Shown: positions 41,130-54,509, counted from the stretch's first letter. The stretch: DNA of 64,000 nt from Octopus vulgaris (GCA_951406725.2 OX597814.1:58404001-58468000); one strand, 5' to 3'. The notes: generated from the letters alone by a model not told the origin. Numbers and translations are program-made.

Positions 41130-41966
41130 AAGGTCTAGAAGTCTTGCAACTGATACACTAAGGAAATCATTGCTCGTTTTCCTCACATGGTGATTGAACA
41201 TGGTATGACGAAGGTTTCTGCTAGGTGGGTGCCACGCCTTCTGATACTTCATCAAAAACGCCCCGAGTTGATCACATCACCGGAAAAATCTATTATAGTT
41301 TGAGCCAGAGCCTGCTAGTTTCTTCGAATAGTTCCTAACTCAGAATGAGTTTTGGATTTATCACTTTGAGCCAGAGACAAAGAGACACTCTATGCAGTGG
41401 AATCACACCTCTTCACTTGTTCCAAAATACGCTAAGGTTGTTTTATTACGCAGAGTTCAGGCTTTGGGGATGCAAAAGGCATCGACTATTTTGAAATGGG
41501 CCACAACATCAATGGAGACTATTACGCCAACTTGCTGAGGTAGTTATGAAAGGTTATTAAGAACAAACGCCCTGGATATCTGATGAAAGATGTTTTGCTC
41601 ATTGATACTCTAGCACACTAGTTCGTGGTTTTAAAGGCTGTTGTGCGTGGCTGTGGACCACCCACATAACTGGACCACCCACATAATTTTTTTTAATTTA
41701 CCTCCATTTTATTATTATGTGTTCCCCAACAAGCAAAAACACTTTTGAGAACCAATATTGCAGTGATGATGACGTCATATCTGCTGCTGAGGACCTTTAT
41801 TACCAAATGGATGGAGGTTTCTTCCCTAGTGAGATCCAAACCTTGCAACACCAATCGAAGAAGTGTGTGAACCGCAAGGTGGAGTATATTGAAAAATTAA
41901 CATCATTTGGTCATATTACATGAGGGAATTTTGGTCAGCCTATAGATATTTCAGTCGACCTCCATA
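41130..41966 (+). mobile_element. Mariner transposase pseudogene relic with right end
   Basis: KVSARWVPRLL (~41210), FLTQNEFWIYHFEPETKRHSMQW, WDAKGI, GHNINGDYYANLL and KKCVNRKVEYIEK, then the TIR-like end ATTTCAGTCGACCTCCATA. Confidence 0.9.
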
Positions 41967-42933
41967 TAGGCGTTTCCTTTTAAACAAGTGATATCAAGTG
42001 GTCTTCAATAAAAGTAAGATTACATCCTGTTGTAGTTTTGAAGCACGCTTTTTCTCTCTTCCATACCTAATTTAAAATGAATAATAATTTCGTGTTTTAA
42101 TACACAAACCTCTTGTTATGTATGTAATCGCTCGAATCTAAATATTTGGCCTGTCAACTATATATCATTATCTCTAGCATTAGCTTATCGATTTAAGGTA
42201 TTGCTTGCAGATAACTGAAACAAACAGTTATGCAGGTTTTTCTGGATATCATTGAAAAAATATTGCGACCCCCACTCCCTCTGCATACACAAAATCAGCA
42301 ATATCTCTTATTTTATCGGTAGCAAAATATAACTTGAGTATAAGGGATAATAATATTAATACTTGTAAGATGTATTTGCCCAATAGAGATTACGTGTTTG
42401 CGTACATTGCTATAAATAAGCGATACTCTTAATCTTTTTTCAAACGAATCACTTGGCAAAGTATCAAAACTCACCGTTTTTAGCCTGCCACATCTCGATG
42501 CGTTTACAGATATTTTTGGTTACTCTGACACTTGGTGCCCTTCTTTAGTCGTTTAAGGAAACCGATGCATAAAGCAAAGCCTTTCTCTTTTTCCCAAAAA
42601 CTTAAAATAAGAAACGGCCACGTTTCATCAATTGGAATGAAAACAATTTAAAATGACAGCAAATACTGAAGTTTTATAATTTCAGTGCAAATAGTTGATA
42701 TTTTGGCTATTCAAGCATTTCCAGAGAACATAAACTTCCAAATATCGTAAATCGATAATAAGCTACAGAAGATAAAGGTAAGTTAACGGCAACTAGTCAC
42801 AACTACAATCAGGCAAACATTGAAGAACAAAAAATAAGCTCAAATCCAAATAAATAATATAGCGATATCAGATACGACCATTTGTAGCGATACCATAGCA
42901 TTATTTACACCATTTTTCCATCCCCCTATCTCA

Positions 42934-42996
<63 letters not shown>

Positions 42997-43147
42997 GCCT
43001 GTCTGTTTACCTACATCGATATCTACACTTAGTGTATGCGTGTGTGCGTGCGCGTCTGACCCTATAGGTCGATTGAACTCTTCATTTATCTAGACTTTTG
43101 ATTTTGTTTCTTCCTTGTCTTCTACACACACGCAACTCTAATATATA

Positions 43148-43187
<40 letters not shown>

Positions 43188-43264
43188 AGTGAGAGAGAGA
43201 GTATGTATAAGGAAAATAAGACAAGGTAGAAAATGGTAAAATAATTTTATCATCAAGAACATTT

Positions 43265-43299
43265 TAGTATCGGTTCAGTCACTGCGACTTTTTCAACTT
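43265..43299 (-). ncRNA. Variant or decayed minimal hammerhead-like motif (core TTGAAAA)
   Basis: The minus strand reads AAG TTGAAAA AGTCG CAG TGACT GAA CCGA TA CT. Stem II pairs, but the core departs from CUGANGA and GAAA lacks one A. Confidence 0.35.
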
Positions 43300-43404
43300 A
43301 GTGTAAAGTATGAGAAACAATTAAATTGTGGAAAAATTAAATGGAATGTTTTTTAAATATGTATCCATAGTTTTCAAGCGCAAGGGGCATATTCCATTCT
43401 CTTG

Positions 43405-44436
<1,032 letters not shown>

Positions 44437-44438
44437 AC

Positions 44439-44478
<40 letters not shown>

Positions 44479-45799
44479 ATATATGTATATATATGTCTGG
44501 CCAGCTACCAGTTCCGATCAATTTCTAGCCAATATATTAATAGAATGTTATAACATGCTATATGGATTATTAAGCCCCCCTGTGTCATCAATTATATTCG
44601 TGGCATAATTCCAAATGATTGGAAGACCTGTTATAGCAGTAGATGCGTCGAAATCCGCAGCCGATCCATTACAATTTTATTATTATTCGCAATGCACCGG
44701 TATCGGCTGTTTGTAACCGAACTACTTTCTTGTATGGAACGTTGCTACTAAACTGCCAATCTTTTATTTATCTCAATGAAAGCATAAAATTATGTTTCAT
44801 GGACCTCAATATCTCTCTAAATGTTTGATACAAAAAATTCTGACTCAATTTGTAATAGAAAGATACTTATTTCATCATATTACAAAATTAAAAACTGTTG
44901 GTTATATATTTTCCTTGATAACACTACCAAAAGACGTAATATCCATGGCCTAATTACCCTTGATCTGAGATAAGCCTGATTAGTACTGATTTCCGACTAA
45001 ACAGCAAAAGATTTGGGAGCCAATGTAAATGTTTCAAAGTGACAGCTTCGAATCTAATCTTCAAACAAAAACAAACTACATCAAACGCATACAACACATT
45101 GAATAATATAGACCTAGATACACAACAATAGGTGACCATATCTGGAATGTTTTTTGCATGTAGGTACATCAGGTTTTGCATAGACTAAGGAACAACAACC
45201 ACAAAGTCACAATACATTTGTTGTTGTTGTTTAGTCTATTATCAACCTTAATTGATCTAACCTATAATCAAAAGTATCCCAGCTGTGAACATCTCTATTT
45301 TAAGGCTAGTATATATGGTACTACATTTTAAAGTTTGCATCACATACCTAAAAATTGTATGGTGCGTTTTGAATGAAATACGGTTGCTATTTCTCGCAGA
45401 AGAACTACGGCATAAGAACTTCACCTACAGTGATCTTATAAAGTAGTTGCAAATCTAAAAGTTCATGACACTGAGCAATCAACAATTTATAAATGAATAC
45501 ATCAAGGTTCAATAATACGCTTGATTCTCTTGAAACTAGGATATATCACTACTACGGGTACCTCAAGATACTGTGTGTACCAGATCATCGGAGAAAAAAA
45601 ATGAACTTGGAGCCATTATCTTAATGGTGAATGTGTAAAACGTGAGTGGATATTCACATTTGAGGCTTTATAGTAGAAACAAATTGTTTCAGCAAGGACA
45701 TCACTTCCTGAAGGAATGAATGGCATTCATAAAATTTAAATATTGCAAAACGATGTGGAGTAAAGGTAACTAACATACAATCTTCTCTCTCTCTCTCTT

Positions 45800-45937
<138 letters not shown>

Positions 45938-45969
45938 GTACATATTTTTTATTTATATATATATATATA

Positions 45970-46851
45970 GTAATATACCTATAAATGAGGGCAAACGAAA
46001 AAAAATTTCTAATGCCAAATAATCCGATATTAGACACATTGTCCATTACCATTATAATTTTTCATAATACGCACGCTATTCCCAAAAAGGTCGACAGAAA
46101 TATCAAAAAAATTCCATTATTACCATATCGGACCGTCAGTGATAAACTGTGGTAAAGAAATAAATGAGATACTTACTCATACCCATTGAAGAAGCAAAAA
46201 CTAAGTCATGAGCACAATTAAGTACCCCCAATACATCCAAAATAGAAATTCTCCAGCCCATTAGAGACACGTGCGATTTGAACTGAGGCTCTCTCAGAGT
46301 GAGAGAGTCCGGAAGTGAACACTATTAAATTTATATTTAATGTAGGATAAAAAAAAAAATTATCAATGACCAGCATTTTAAAAAATGCCTTTAAAGGTTA
46401 AATTTATAAACAACTTATAAATGAGGGCAAACGAAAGAAATTTTCTAATGCCAAATATGCCGAAATTAGACACATTGTCCATTATCATAAAAATTTTTTT
46501 TTTCTTCGAAACAAGTTTTATCCTACATTAAATATAAATTTAATAGTGTTCACTTTTATTACTGACGAAGGGAGGGTTCCTTGGAACTAACCCTGAAATC
46601 GGTCCGATATGGTAATAATGGAATTTTTTATAAATTTCTGTCGACCTTTTTTGGAGTAGTGCGCGTTTGGGAAAAATTGTAATGATAATGGACAATGTGT
46701 CTAATTTTGGCATAATTGGCATTAGAAAATTTTTTTCGTTTGCCCTCATTTATAAGGTGTTTATAAATTTAACCTTTAAAGGCATTTTTTAATATGCTGG
46801 CCATTGATAAAATTTTTTGTTTTCAAAAGAAAAAAATTTATCCTACATTAA

Positions 46852-46859
<8 letters not shown>
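45970..46859. mobile_element. Non-coding hammerhead-bearing element (Penelope pseudo-LTR or retrozyme-like) with inverted arms, inserted in (TA)n
   Basis: The right arm 46488-46859 is terminally redundant with a 320-bp period (TCCTACATTA at 46521 and 46841). The left arm 45981-46488 is an inverted, also redundant copy (ATAAATGAGG at 45981 and 46417). (TA)n flanks both sides. Confidence 0.85.
46556..46615 (+). ncRNA. Type I hammerhead ribozyme, intact core
   Basis: TTATTA | CTGACGA (46562-46568) | stem II AGGG...CCCT with inner GTTCC/GGAAC | GAAA (46595-46598) | stem III ATCGG-T-CCGAT | cleavage triplet AUA ending at 46609 | TGGTAA, which pairs with TTATTA (stem I, two G-U pairs). Confidence 0.85.
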
Positions 46860-46916
<57 letters not shown>

Positions 46917-46924
46917 TTGATTGA

Positions 46925-47151
46925 CCGGTACTCCGTCGGTTACGACGAGCAGGGCTCCGGCTGATCCGATCAACGGAACAGACTGCTCAATAAATTAATG
47001 TGCAAGTGGCTGAGCACTCTACAGATACGAGTGCATAGTAGTTCTCAGGGCGATTCAGTGTGGCACAGAGTATGACAAGGCTGGCCCTTTGAAATGCCGG
47101 TACTACATAGTTTGCGAGCCCAGTGGATTGGAGCAACGTGAAATGAAATAT

Positions 47152-47152
<1 letters not shown>
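46925..47152 (-). mobile_element. SINE 3' fragment sharing the family C tail
   Basis: AAGTGGCTGAGCACTC.ACAGA...TGACAAGGCTGGCCCTTTGAAAT matches 27850-27950, but the adjoining middle segment differs. Confidence 0.82.
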
Positions 47153-47222
<70 letters not shown>

Positions 47223-47307
47223 TATACACATCCATCCATCCATCCATCGATACATACATTCATCGATACATACACACATACATGCATGCAATTATTGTAC
47301 AAAAGGC

Positions 47308-47429
47308 CAGGCGTTTTCAACCAGGGTTCTGCGTAACCTTAGGGTTCCGCCAGTACAGTCCAGGGGTTCCTCGAGCCAGTGGAATGTTTCTTTGGGGTTC
47401 CGCTCCAGCAAAAAGTTTGAAAAGCACTG
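47308..47429. mobile_element. Short hAT (Charlie-like) MITE
   Basis: Imperfect TIRs CAGGCGTTTTCAACC and GTTTGAAAAGCACTG, with internal GGGGTTCC repeats. No clean target-site duplication. Confidence 0.6.
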
Positions 47430-48089
47430 GTTTAGACAAAGTCATTGCATCCCGCCCTGCATTTCTGCTAGCAAGACATGAATGCATTTGTGTATTTTCA
47501 TTTTTATTTTGACAATCAAGAATGTATCTAAATCATCAGTAAAATATTCAGGTGTTGCTTCTGTTTGTTTCAGCCTGGTATTAACTGGTTTATCAATATC
47601 GCTTGTGCCATTTGTATAATTTAACCGCTAATTAGAATCCTTATCATTTCTACTCATCGTCTAACTGTTCCTTTTTGTTTTGTCTTGTTCTGTATATCTT
47701 GGCTGCATTTTCTTTTGCAATCTATATTGTCTTCAACAACTCTTTATTCTCTTTAATCCTTGTTTTGTACATGTTTGCTGACTTATGTAATTCCTTCGCT
47801 TTTATAATTCTTTCCTAATATTCTCTCGTTTCCGTAGTTGTTGTGACACCATTCGTCATTTTTACCTAATTTACATACAGTGACTCGATTGGGAAAAGTG
47901 TCATAAATATATCATCATTTTTCATTATGACAATTGTACCTCAGTGTTTATCCTCATTTATAGATTCCTTGATTCCGTTTCTGATATTTTATTGTTATGT
48001 CAAGCAATTGCAATTTGTTTAACTTTTTATTTTTACTCTATTTGAGTTTTTCATTTCATTTCTTTTTCTGCCAGTGTTTTATTTCCCAT

Positions 48090-48600
48090 TTCGCTTCCAA
48101 TTTTCACCCCAGTTACAATTCAACACTAAAAACGGGCATCACGAACATTTGCCAACAGTTGTTTGTAAATGTCCACACATCATTGCGCCTCGTCATTGAT
48201 TTGTTTATTAGTAGCTTCTCGACAGTTTCTGTTCACAAGGCCGAGATTATGGAGGTATTGATTGACCAAGTTCTGCCGATTACGTACGAGTGCCTGTGCG
48301 TTGCTGTTGCTAAACTATTTCAAACAAAAGCCTCATCCTTCACAACAGAAGATATGCCTGACATTGACCTGTCTTTGGAGCTGGTATCAATTTCCCTGAC
48401 GCGTCTGAACCAGTTTTGTGCCATACGTTCCTTGATAATTCCTGGGTATTACGCATTGTTAATTTCTTTTGTCGCTGCCCCTGCACTGCAAAGTAAAATA
48501 GCTCAATGATATTGTTTTTATTACTCATTATCAAAGCTGTAAAATCATGACTAAACAACGTATATATGTTATATACGAAAAAGTATAAGCAATTCAGCAA
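48090..48600 (-). mobile_element. Mariner transposase N-terminal relic
   Basis: The minus strand gives ERMAQNWFRRVREIDTSSKDRSMSGISSVV (~48345-48432; cf. RTAQRWFKRF..GD.SLED..RSGRPS), QYLHNLGL and IVTG.ENW (~48097-48120). Confidence 0.75.
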
Positions 48601-49959
48601 CGATTGGTCAACAGATTCTATTATAGAAATGATATAACATGGAGTTGCCAAAAATCATTAGTTAATATCGAAAACACCTTTTGACGCAACGTCGTATGTG
48701 GAATGAATTAAACAGAGATTTTTTGTTTTAAAAAAATGTCGAATGAACAGTTATAGATTTGGCGTTCATGACTGTCGTCAGTAAAAAAGAAAAACGCACA
48801 AATGCACGTGTCCTACACTCCAAATAACAGCCAAATAAATCTTCCATCATGACATTTTGCTATTATTATCTTTGATATAGTTATCGGGACATTCCTCCTT
48901 CTGGATAACTCCACAAATGCTTTTAGCAACAGTTTTGTGTCTCATGACGAGGTAGTGTCTTATGGGTAATTTTGGCAACTGCTGGTGATGTGGGTCATAT
49001 CTAAAATTTCAGCAAATCCACTATCCTTTTATATCGCATCATGGTGCCATGAAGGCTTCCTTATACCTGTTATTGATGAGATATCTAGTAGCCATCGCCT
49101 GTTTCTGGAAAAGCAAAGGCATAGCCTGCTTGGTGTGATGTCATATATCATAGTCCTTGATGAGATTCCTCATCCTGTCACTGTTACTACAATGAATGCA
49201 TATACGACAGTGTGCATTGATATTTACGTGTGCATGTATGCTTATGTATGTGAAAGCATATGTGCATGTATATATCCTGTGTGTATTAATACGCGTTTGT
49301 ACGCATGCACGTACGTATGTGTATATATGTGTGTATGAATATATGTTTTCTTAACACGAAGTTGACAGTGAGAGAGGAAAATATTATTAAAGTAGATAGA
49401 CAAACACCAACATTTGACAAATGATAGTGGTTGAATAAAGAAACAGCAGCTCTAGAAAGTCGTTCGATCTCGCCTTATACGTATGTGTGTATGTATGCGT
49501 GCATGGACAGAGAGGTATATGTTCATATATACATGCACATACATACAAACGCATACATGTGCATGCACATGCATACACACATATGCTACTACACTCACAT
49601 GCCTACACGCATATACTACTACACTCACATTTATAATCGTGCATGTAAGCAATATACTCTAACACACGCATAAATATACACTCATACAACGTGATATATG
49701 TAGACGTACTAAACAGTCACAGACACGGAAGCAAGCATGCACATGTACGCGTACACACGCTAGTTCCCAAACGTATATAATGTAAATGTGTGTAAAACAA
49801 AATGCTTTGAACTTATGGCTCTTCACATTCCAGACTCTATAACACGGCTGGTAACCTTCTCTCTAACTAACCCTAACATATTTGACAAGGCTGAGAGTTT
49901 GACAGGAGTTTGTTACGTTTAGCTTTTGAAACATATAAGGACCTGGAATTTTTTCTGAA

Positions 49960-50170
49960 TACCCTGAAGCAAGATTGCTAAGGAAGTCATGTTTACATTG
50001 GAGCAAGATGGAGTTCCGTATCACACAAATGCAGTGGGTCAAAAACTTTCTTAGGAATGAGTTTGGAAGCAGGTTTTGGGATGAGGACACTTGGCCCTAT
50101 TCACCGCCTGATTTGAACCCTTTAGACTTCAGCACATGGAATAACTGGCCAGAAAAGCTTGTGACAAGCC
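49960..50170 (+). mobile_element. Tc1/mariner-superfamily (maT/DD37D-like) transposase fragment
   Basis: EQDGVPYHT, then after a frameshift FWDEDTWPYSPPDLNPLDFSTW (cf. QQDGAPAH...WPPSSPDLNPLDYSIW). Confidence 0.8.
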
Positions 50171-50752
50171 CCACAGCTTTAACTTTCGATACGAAATTTA
50201 TTCCAATATTTAATGAGGTATCAATCCTGATCTATGGTTAATTATTTATGAAAATGTCATTTTCGTCCATGATTCCACAGGTGAGGTTAGAGACTAGTCG
50301 ACATTTTTCGTGAAAGATTCCAATTTCCAGTAAGAATAGTTACTTCTGTCCAATTATCATCTGGTAAACCAAACCTGCTTCACTTTTGAAATATTTGAAA
50401 TATTCAATGTTCGAATATTTTCTTAAATATGAAGTGAGAGTTATATATAAGATATATACTTATTTACGAATGTATCTGTTTGTTTTGTTAAATAAACTGT
50501 TCGAATGATATTTGCTGAATCGAGTGCTTCAAGCTCATGCTTTTGACTCCATTCTCGTTTTGATATTATACGTCATACAAACGAAGTCATGAAAGTGTGT
50601 TGTTGCAATGTTTGAAATTAATACATTTAAGCAATACTTTTAATTAGTGTTTTAAAAAAAACAATGTTTATTTGCATGTTCATTTAGCATGCTCACATGA
50701 AGACGCAGACACATAAACATATGCACACTCATATACATACATGCATACATAC

Positions 50753-50848
<96 letters not shown>

Positions 50849-51384
50849 CACATAAGCATATAGTAGGATACGCGCACATAATTCACAGTCACACATATTA
50901 AGACACATATCGATGACACATTAATTGAACATTTCAAAACCAACCTTTTTCTGAACCACAACTATTTTATAAAAAAATTGATTGTATCTTCATAAAAAAA
51001 AAAATTATCTACGTGTATACAAGACGCTAATAGTTGAATTCTTTTGTTCAAACTGCTACTGAATTGAATGAAAATTCTGAATTTGTTTCTCAAAGGTCAA
51101 ACTGCAGCTTTGATTTTACTGTAAAATTACCAGGTCTATTGTAGTTAGTGGGCAACGATAGAGGAACTGAAGCTTCAAATCAAAGATGCGGTGTGATTTT
51201 TATTTGGGCGAAAAAACAAGAATTTTGACACAAGATAATAAAAGTTTGAAAAAAAGAACTGAACGGTTAGCGACTTGTATCTACGCTACCAAGTATCTTT
51301 TATGTAAACACAGGTCCCCATCACTTTAGATCTGCTTCAGAAAAAGACATTAGTTTCCAAATGTGTAAGTAATAGTATGTATTG

Positions 51385-51507
51385 ATATATATGTTGTGAT
51401 GCATATGCGTGATGTACACTTATCAGACAAGTAGTTATGATGGGTATACTGGGTTTGGTATATTCTACTTCAGTATCACTCTGATGGCATGCACCGCTCT
51501 TTCACTA
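51385..51507 (+). mobile_element. 3' end fragment of the TAA-associated element (5932-6485 family)
   Basis: GTTGTGATGCAT.TGC.TG.TGTAC..TTATCAGAC..GTAGT.ATGATGGGTATA...TGATGGCATG.AC.GCTCT matches the reverse complement of 5932-6050 and runs into (AAT)n. Confidence 0.85.
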
Positions 51508-51708
<201 letters not shown>

Positions 51709-53290
51709 GGTCAAGTAGAATACATGTCTCCTTCTACACCATAGTAAAGGGATGAGCCAATATAACAACATCAAAATCCAACGAAACATCTGTCAAGGTC
51801 ACCCCCTCCTCATTAATCGTTTGCATGGTACTGATCCCACTTTCAAACAAACTGCGTATCACCAGGTATGGGTTCAAAGTGTATAATATTATAGGAAGCC
51901 AGTTCTTTTATATGGACGACCTGAAGCTTTTTACTAGAATTGACGATGAACTACTGGGGCTCTTAACAACTGTTAAAGTGTTCAGCAATGACATCGGGAT
52001 GGATTTCGGCATTGATAAATGTGCTAAAGCAACTTTTGTAAGAGGCAAGGTCAAACAAACAGCTTCCTTTAAATTCGATACTGACCCTACCATCAAAGAG
52101 CTTGACCCACAAAAAAGGTATAAATACCTGGGGATAAACGAAGGAGATGGTATATAGTATACTACTATGAAGGAAGTAATCAGAAAGGTGTACTATAGGA
52201 GAATAAGACTCATATTAAAAACTCAACTCAGCTCCCAAAATTGAATCAGGGCCCTTAATAGGCTGGCACTTCCAGTAGCCCAATACAGTTTTAACATCAT
52301 TAATTGGAATCTTACAGAGCTCCAACGCCTGGACAGGAAGACAAGAAAACTACTAACAGCTAAAAACATGCACCACACAAAAGAAGACGTTGACCGTCTA
52401 CATCTAACTAGAAATAATTGAGAAAGAGGAAGTATGTAGGTAGAAGTGTGTTATAAGATCTCCACAATAGCAAATGAACAAGTATTTATCTAGTACAGAG
52501 AACTGGATGCCCTCGCTTGTGTGCAAACACGAAATCAGCAAAGAATCACATTCTGTTGTCAAGGAAGCTTGCAAATTTGCAAAGGAACTCGGCATTAACC
52601 AGGAATTTTATGGAGAACCTGAAAGCACTGCACACAAAGCAAGCAAAACGGGTCAGACTGCAAAAAAGAAAGGGCAGAATCAAATTGAGGAACGGTGAAA
52701 CTAGAAGCCTCTGTATGGACAGTATATACTTCAAAGCTGAAATGCTGATGTAGACCAAACAACAAGCCATCAGTAGCCGAGAATCCCGAGACTGAAAGCA
52801 GAGACTGAAGGTTTCATAGCGGCACAAGATCAAAGCTTGCTTACCAAAACCAGCCAGGCTAACGTCCTTAAAGAATGTTCTGACCCTAAATGAAGATCCT
52901 GCGATAAATTTGATGAAAGAATAGACCATCGAGTCTTGGAATGTCCTGTACTGACACCAAACGAATACAGGCCAGTATTCATATTGGTAAATAGGTAAAC
53001 ACTACAAAATCAGGACTCCTGCTTACGGGTATACACATCATCCTGAGCCAATTGTTGACAGTAAACATGTCACTTTCCTCTGGATTTTCCAGTCAACACC
53101 GACAGAACGATCACGGTTAATCGACCAGACATAATTATTAAAGGCAGAGAAGAATATACTTATAGATTAATAGATGCAAGTGTTCCCACTGATAGAAATA
53201 TATCTGTAAAGGAATTTGTCAAATTAAGTAAATATAAGGACCTGAAAATTGAAATACAAAAGATGTGGTGTCTTAAAGCCAGAAGAGTCA
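51709..53290 (+). mobile_element. 5'-truncated R4/Dong-clade non-LTR retrotransposon (RT, CCHC-like, restriction-like endonuclease), pseudogenised
   Basis: FYMDDLKLF, FSNDIGMDFGIDKCAK, YKYLGI, LDRKTRKLLT..MHHTKEDVDRL, AETEGFIAAQDQSL, CDKFDERIDH..LECP and TDRTITVNRPDIII...LIDASVPTDRNISVKEFVKLSKYKDLKIEIQKMW (PD..D RLE). Multiple stops. Confidence 0.93.
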
Positions 53291-53399
53291 GAAACCAGCA
53301 AAATCTTCTGGAATTTCTCAATCCAAACAGATCAGGTGCTAGAGCATAACCGACCGGACCTCATGGGCATCGAGGGAAATATAAAGGAAATATGAATAG

Positions 53400-54160
53400 A
53401 GTGTCTAGTAGAACTGTTACTAAAGTTTTGCCTCCTTGGCACGGCTATGGTAATCAGGACATTATTAGCTGTAAAGAATGCATTGTATGGTACTGTAGGC
53501 TGCAGGCACCAAGCTCGCTACGCATGCAAGTCTCCAAGTGAAATCGGGGGAATGTCCAAACATTACGTTAATACTCCATACAAATGACGAAATGTCTTAG
53601 TGAAAATTTGTGGTCTTTATCCGTTTCTAACTGCTGCTACTTTAGCATGCTATTGTACTTCTAGTACCCTTCATTATTAATTAATAATAATTTACCTGTA
53701 TAGTTTTTAACGCATGCTAAGCCACTCATATTGTTGTAAACAATATCTCTATAATGTTTTATGATTAAAAAAAAAAATTATTCACTTCGACCACCTTTTT
53801 AAATTTACTGCGGCATTAAAAACGGTTATCGCAATAAGTAGTTGCTATGAGCAAGATTTATGACTCTAGGTCAGTAAGACTCGCTGACGATGACTGATAT
53901 TTTCAGAAAGTTTGAAATCGCTGCAATACGGGAATGTCTGGCTTTTTAATTTAAGATTATTCTGTCATTTTATGGGGTCTTAACATTGTTTTAGCCCATT
54001 CCTCATATTTCACTTAAGTATTTTAGTGAACATTTGTGGTCTTGAGGCGATTCTGTCTGCTATTTTAGCATGCTGGTGCTATCTCTACTACCCTTCATTT
54101 TTAATTAATAATTAAGTTTTTTACGCGTGCTAAACAGTTGTTGTAAACAATACCCATATA
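53400..54160 (+). mobile_element. Penelope-like 3' end: GIY-YIG relic plus direct repeat with hammerhead
   Basis: ISCKEC...Y.VGC.GTKLAT and GMSKHYVNT (53464-53575; frameshifts needed). Imperfect direct repeat 53597-53745 / 54023-54152 (period 426) encloses a hammerhead motif. Confidence 0.6.
53880..53932 (+). ncRNA. Type I hammerhead ribozyme, slightly decayed
   Basis: CTCG | CTGACGA (53884-53890) | tGACT...AGTTt | GAAA (53914-53917) | ATCGC-T-GCAAT | AUA ending at 53928 | CGGG, which pairs with CTCG. There are mismatches at the base of stem II and at one position of stem III. Confidence 0.65.
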
Positions 54161-54175
54161 TTTTTTCACCCAACC

Positions 54176-54274
<99 letters not shown>

Positions 54275-54424
54275 CGACGGGCGTCTTTCAGCTCCCCTCT
54301 ACTAAATCCACTCAGAAGGCTCCGGTAGACCCGAGGCTATATTAGAAGACTCTTACCAACGCAGTGGGACTGAAATCGGAATCATGTGGTTGGGAATCAA
54401 GGTTCATACCACATAGCCACTCCT

Positions 54425-54428
<4 letters not shown>
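54275..54428 (-). mobile_element. Family B SINE 5' half between (TA)n tracts
   Basis: CGACGGGC.TCTTTCAG...AAATCCACTCA.AAGGCT...CGCAGTGGGACTGAA...ACCACATAGCCACTCCTGCGC. Confidence 0.85.

Positions 54429-54505
<77 letters not shown>

Positions 54506-54509
<4 letters not shown>

Noticed and set aside
41654-41687. 17-bp tandem duplication TGGACCACCCACATAA
   Set aside because: Ordinary slippage within the dead mariner, at its HPPY motif.
47997-48509. 170-aa plus-strand ORF
   Set aside because: It is the antisense shadow of a mariner relic on the minus strand.
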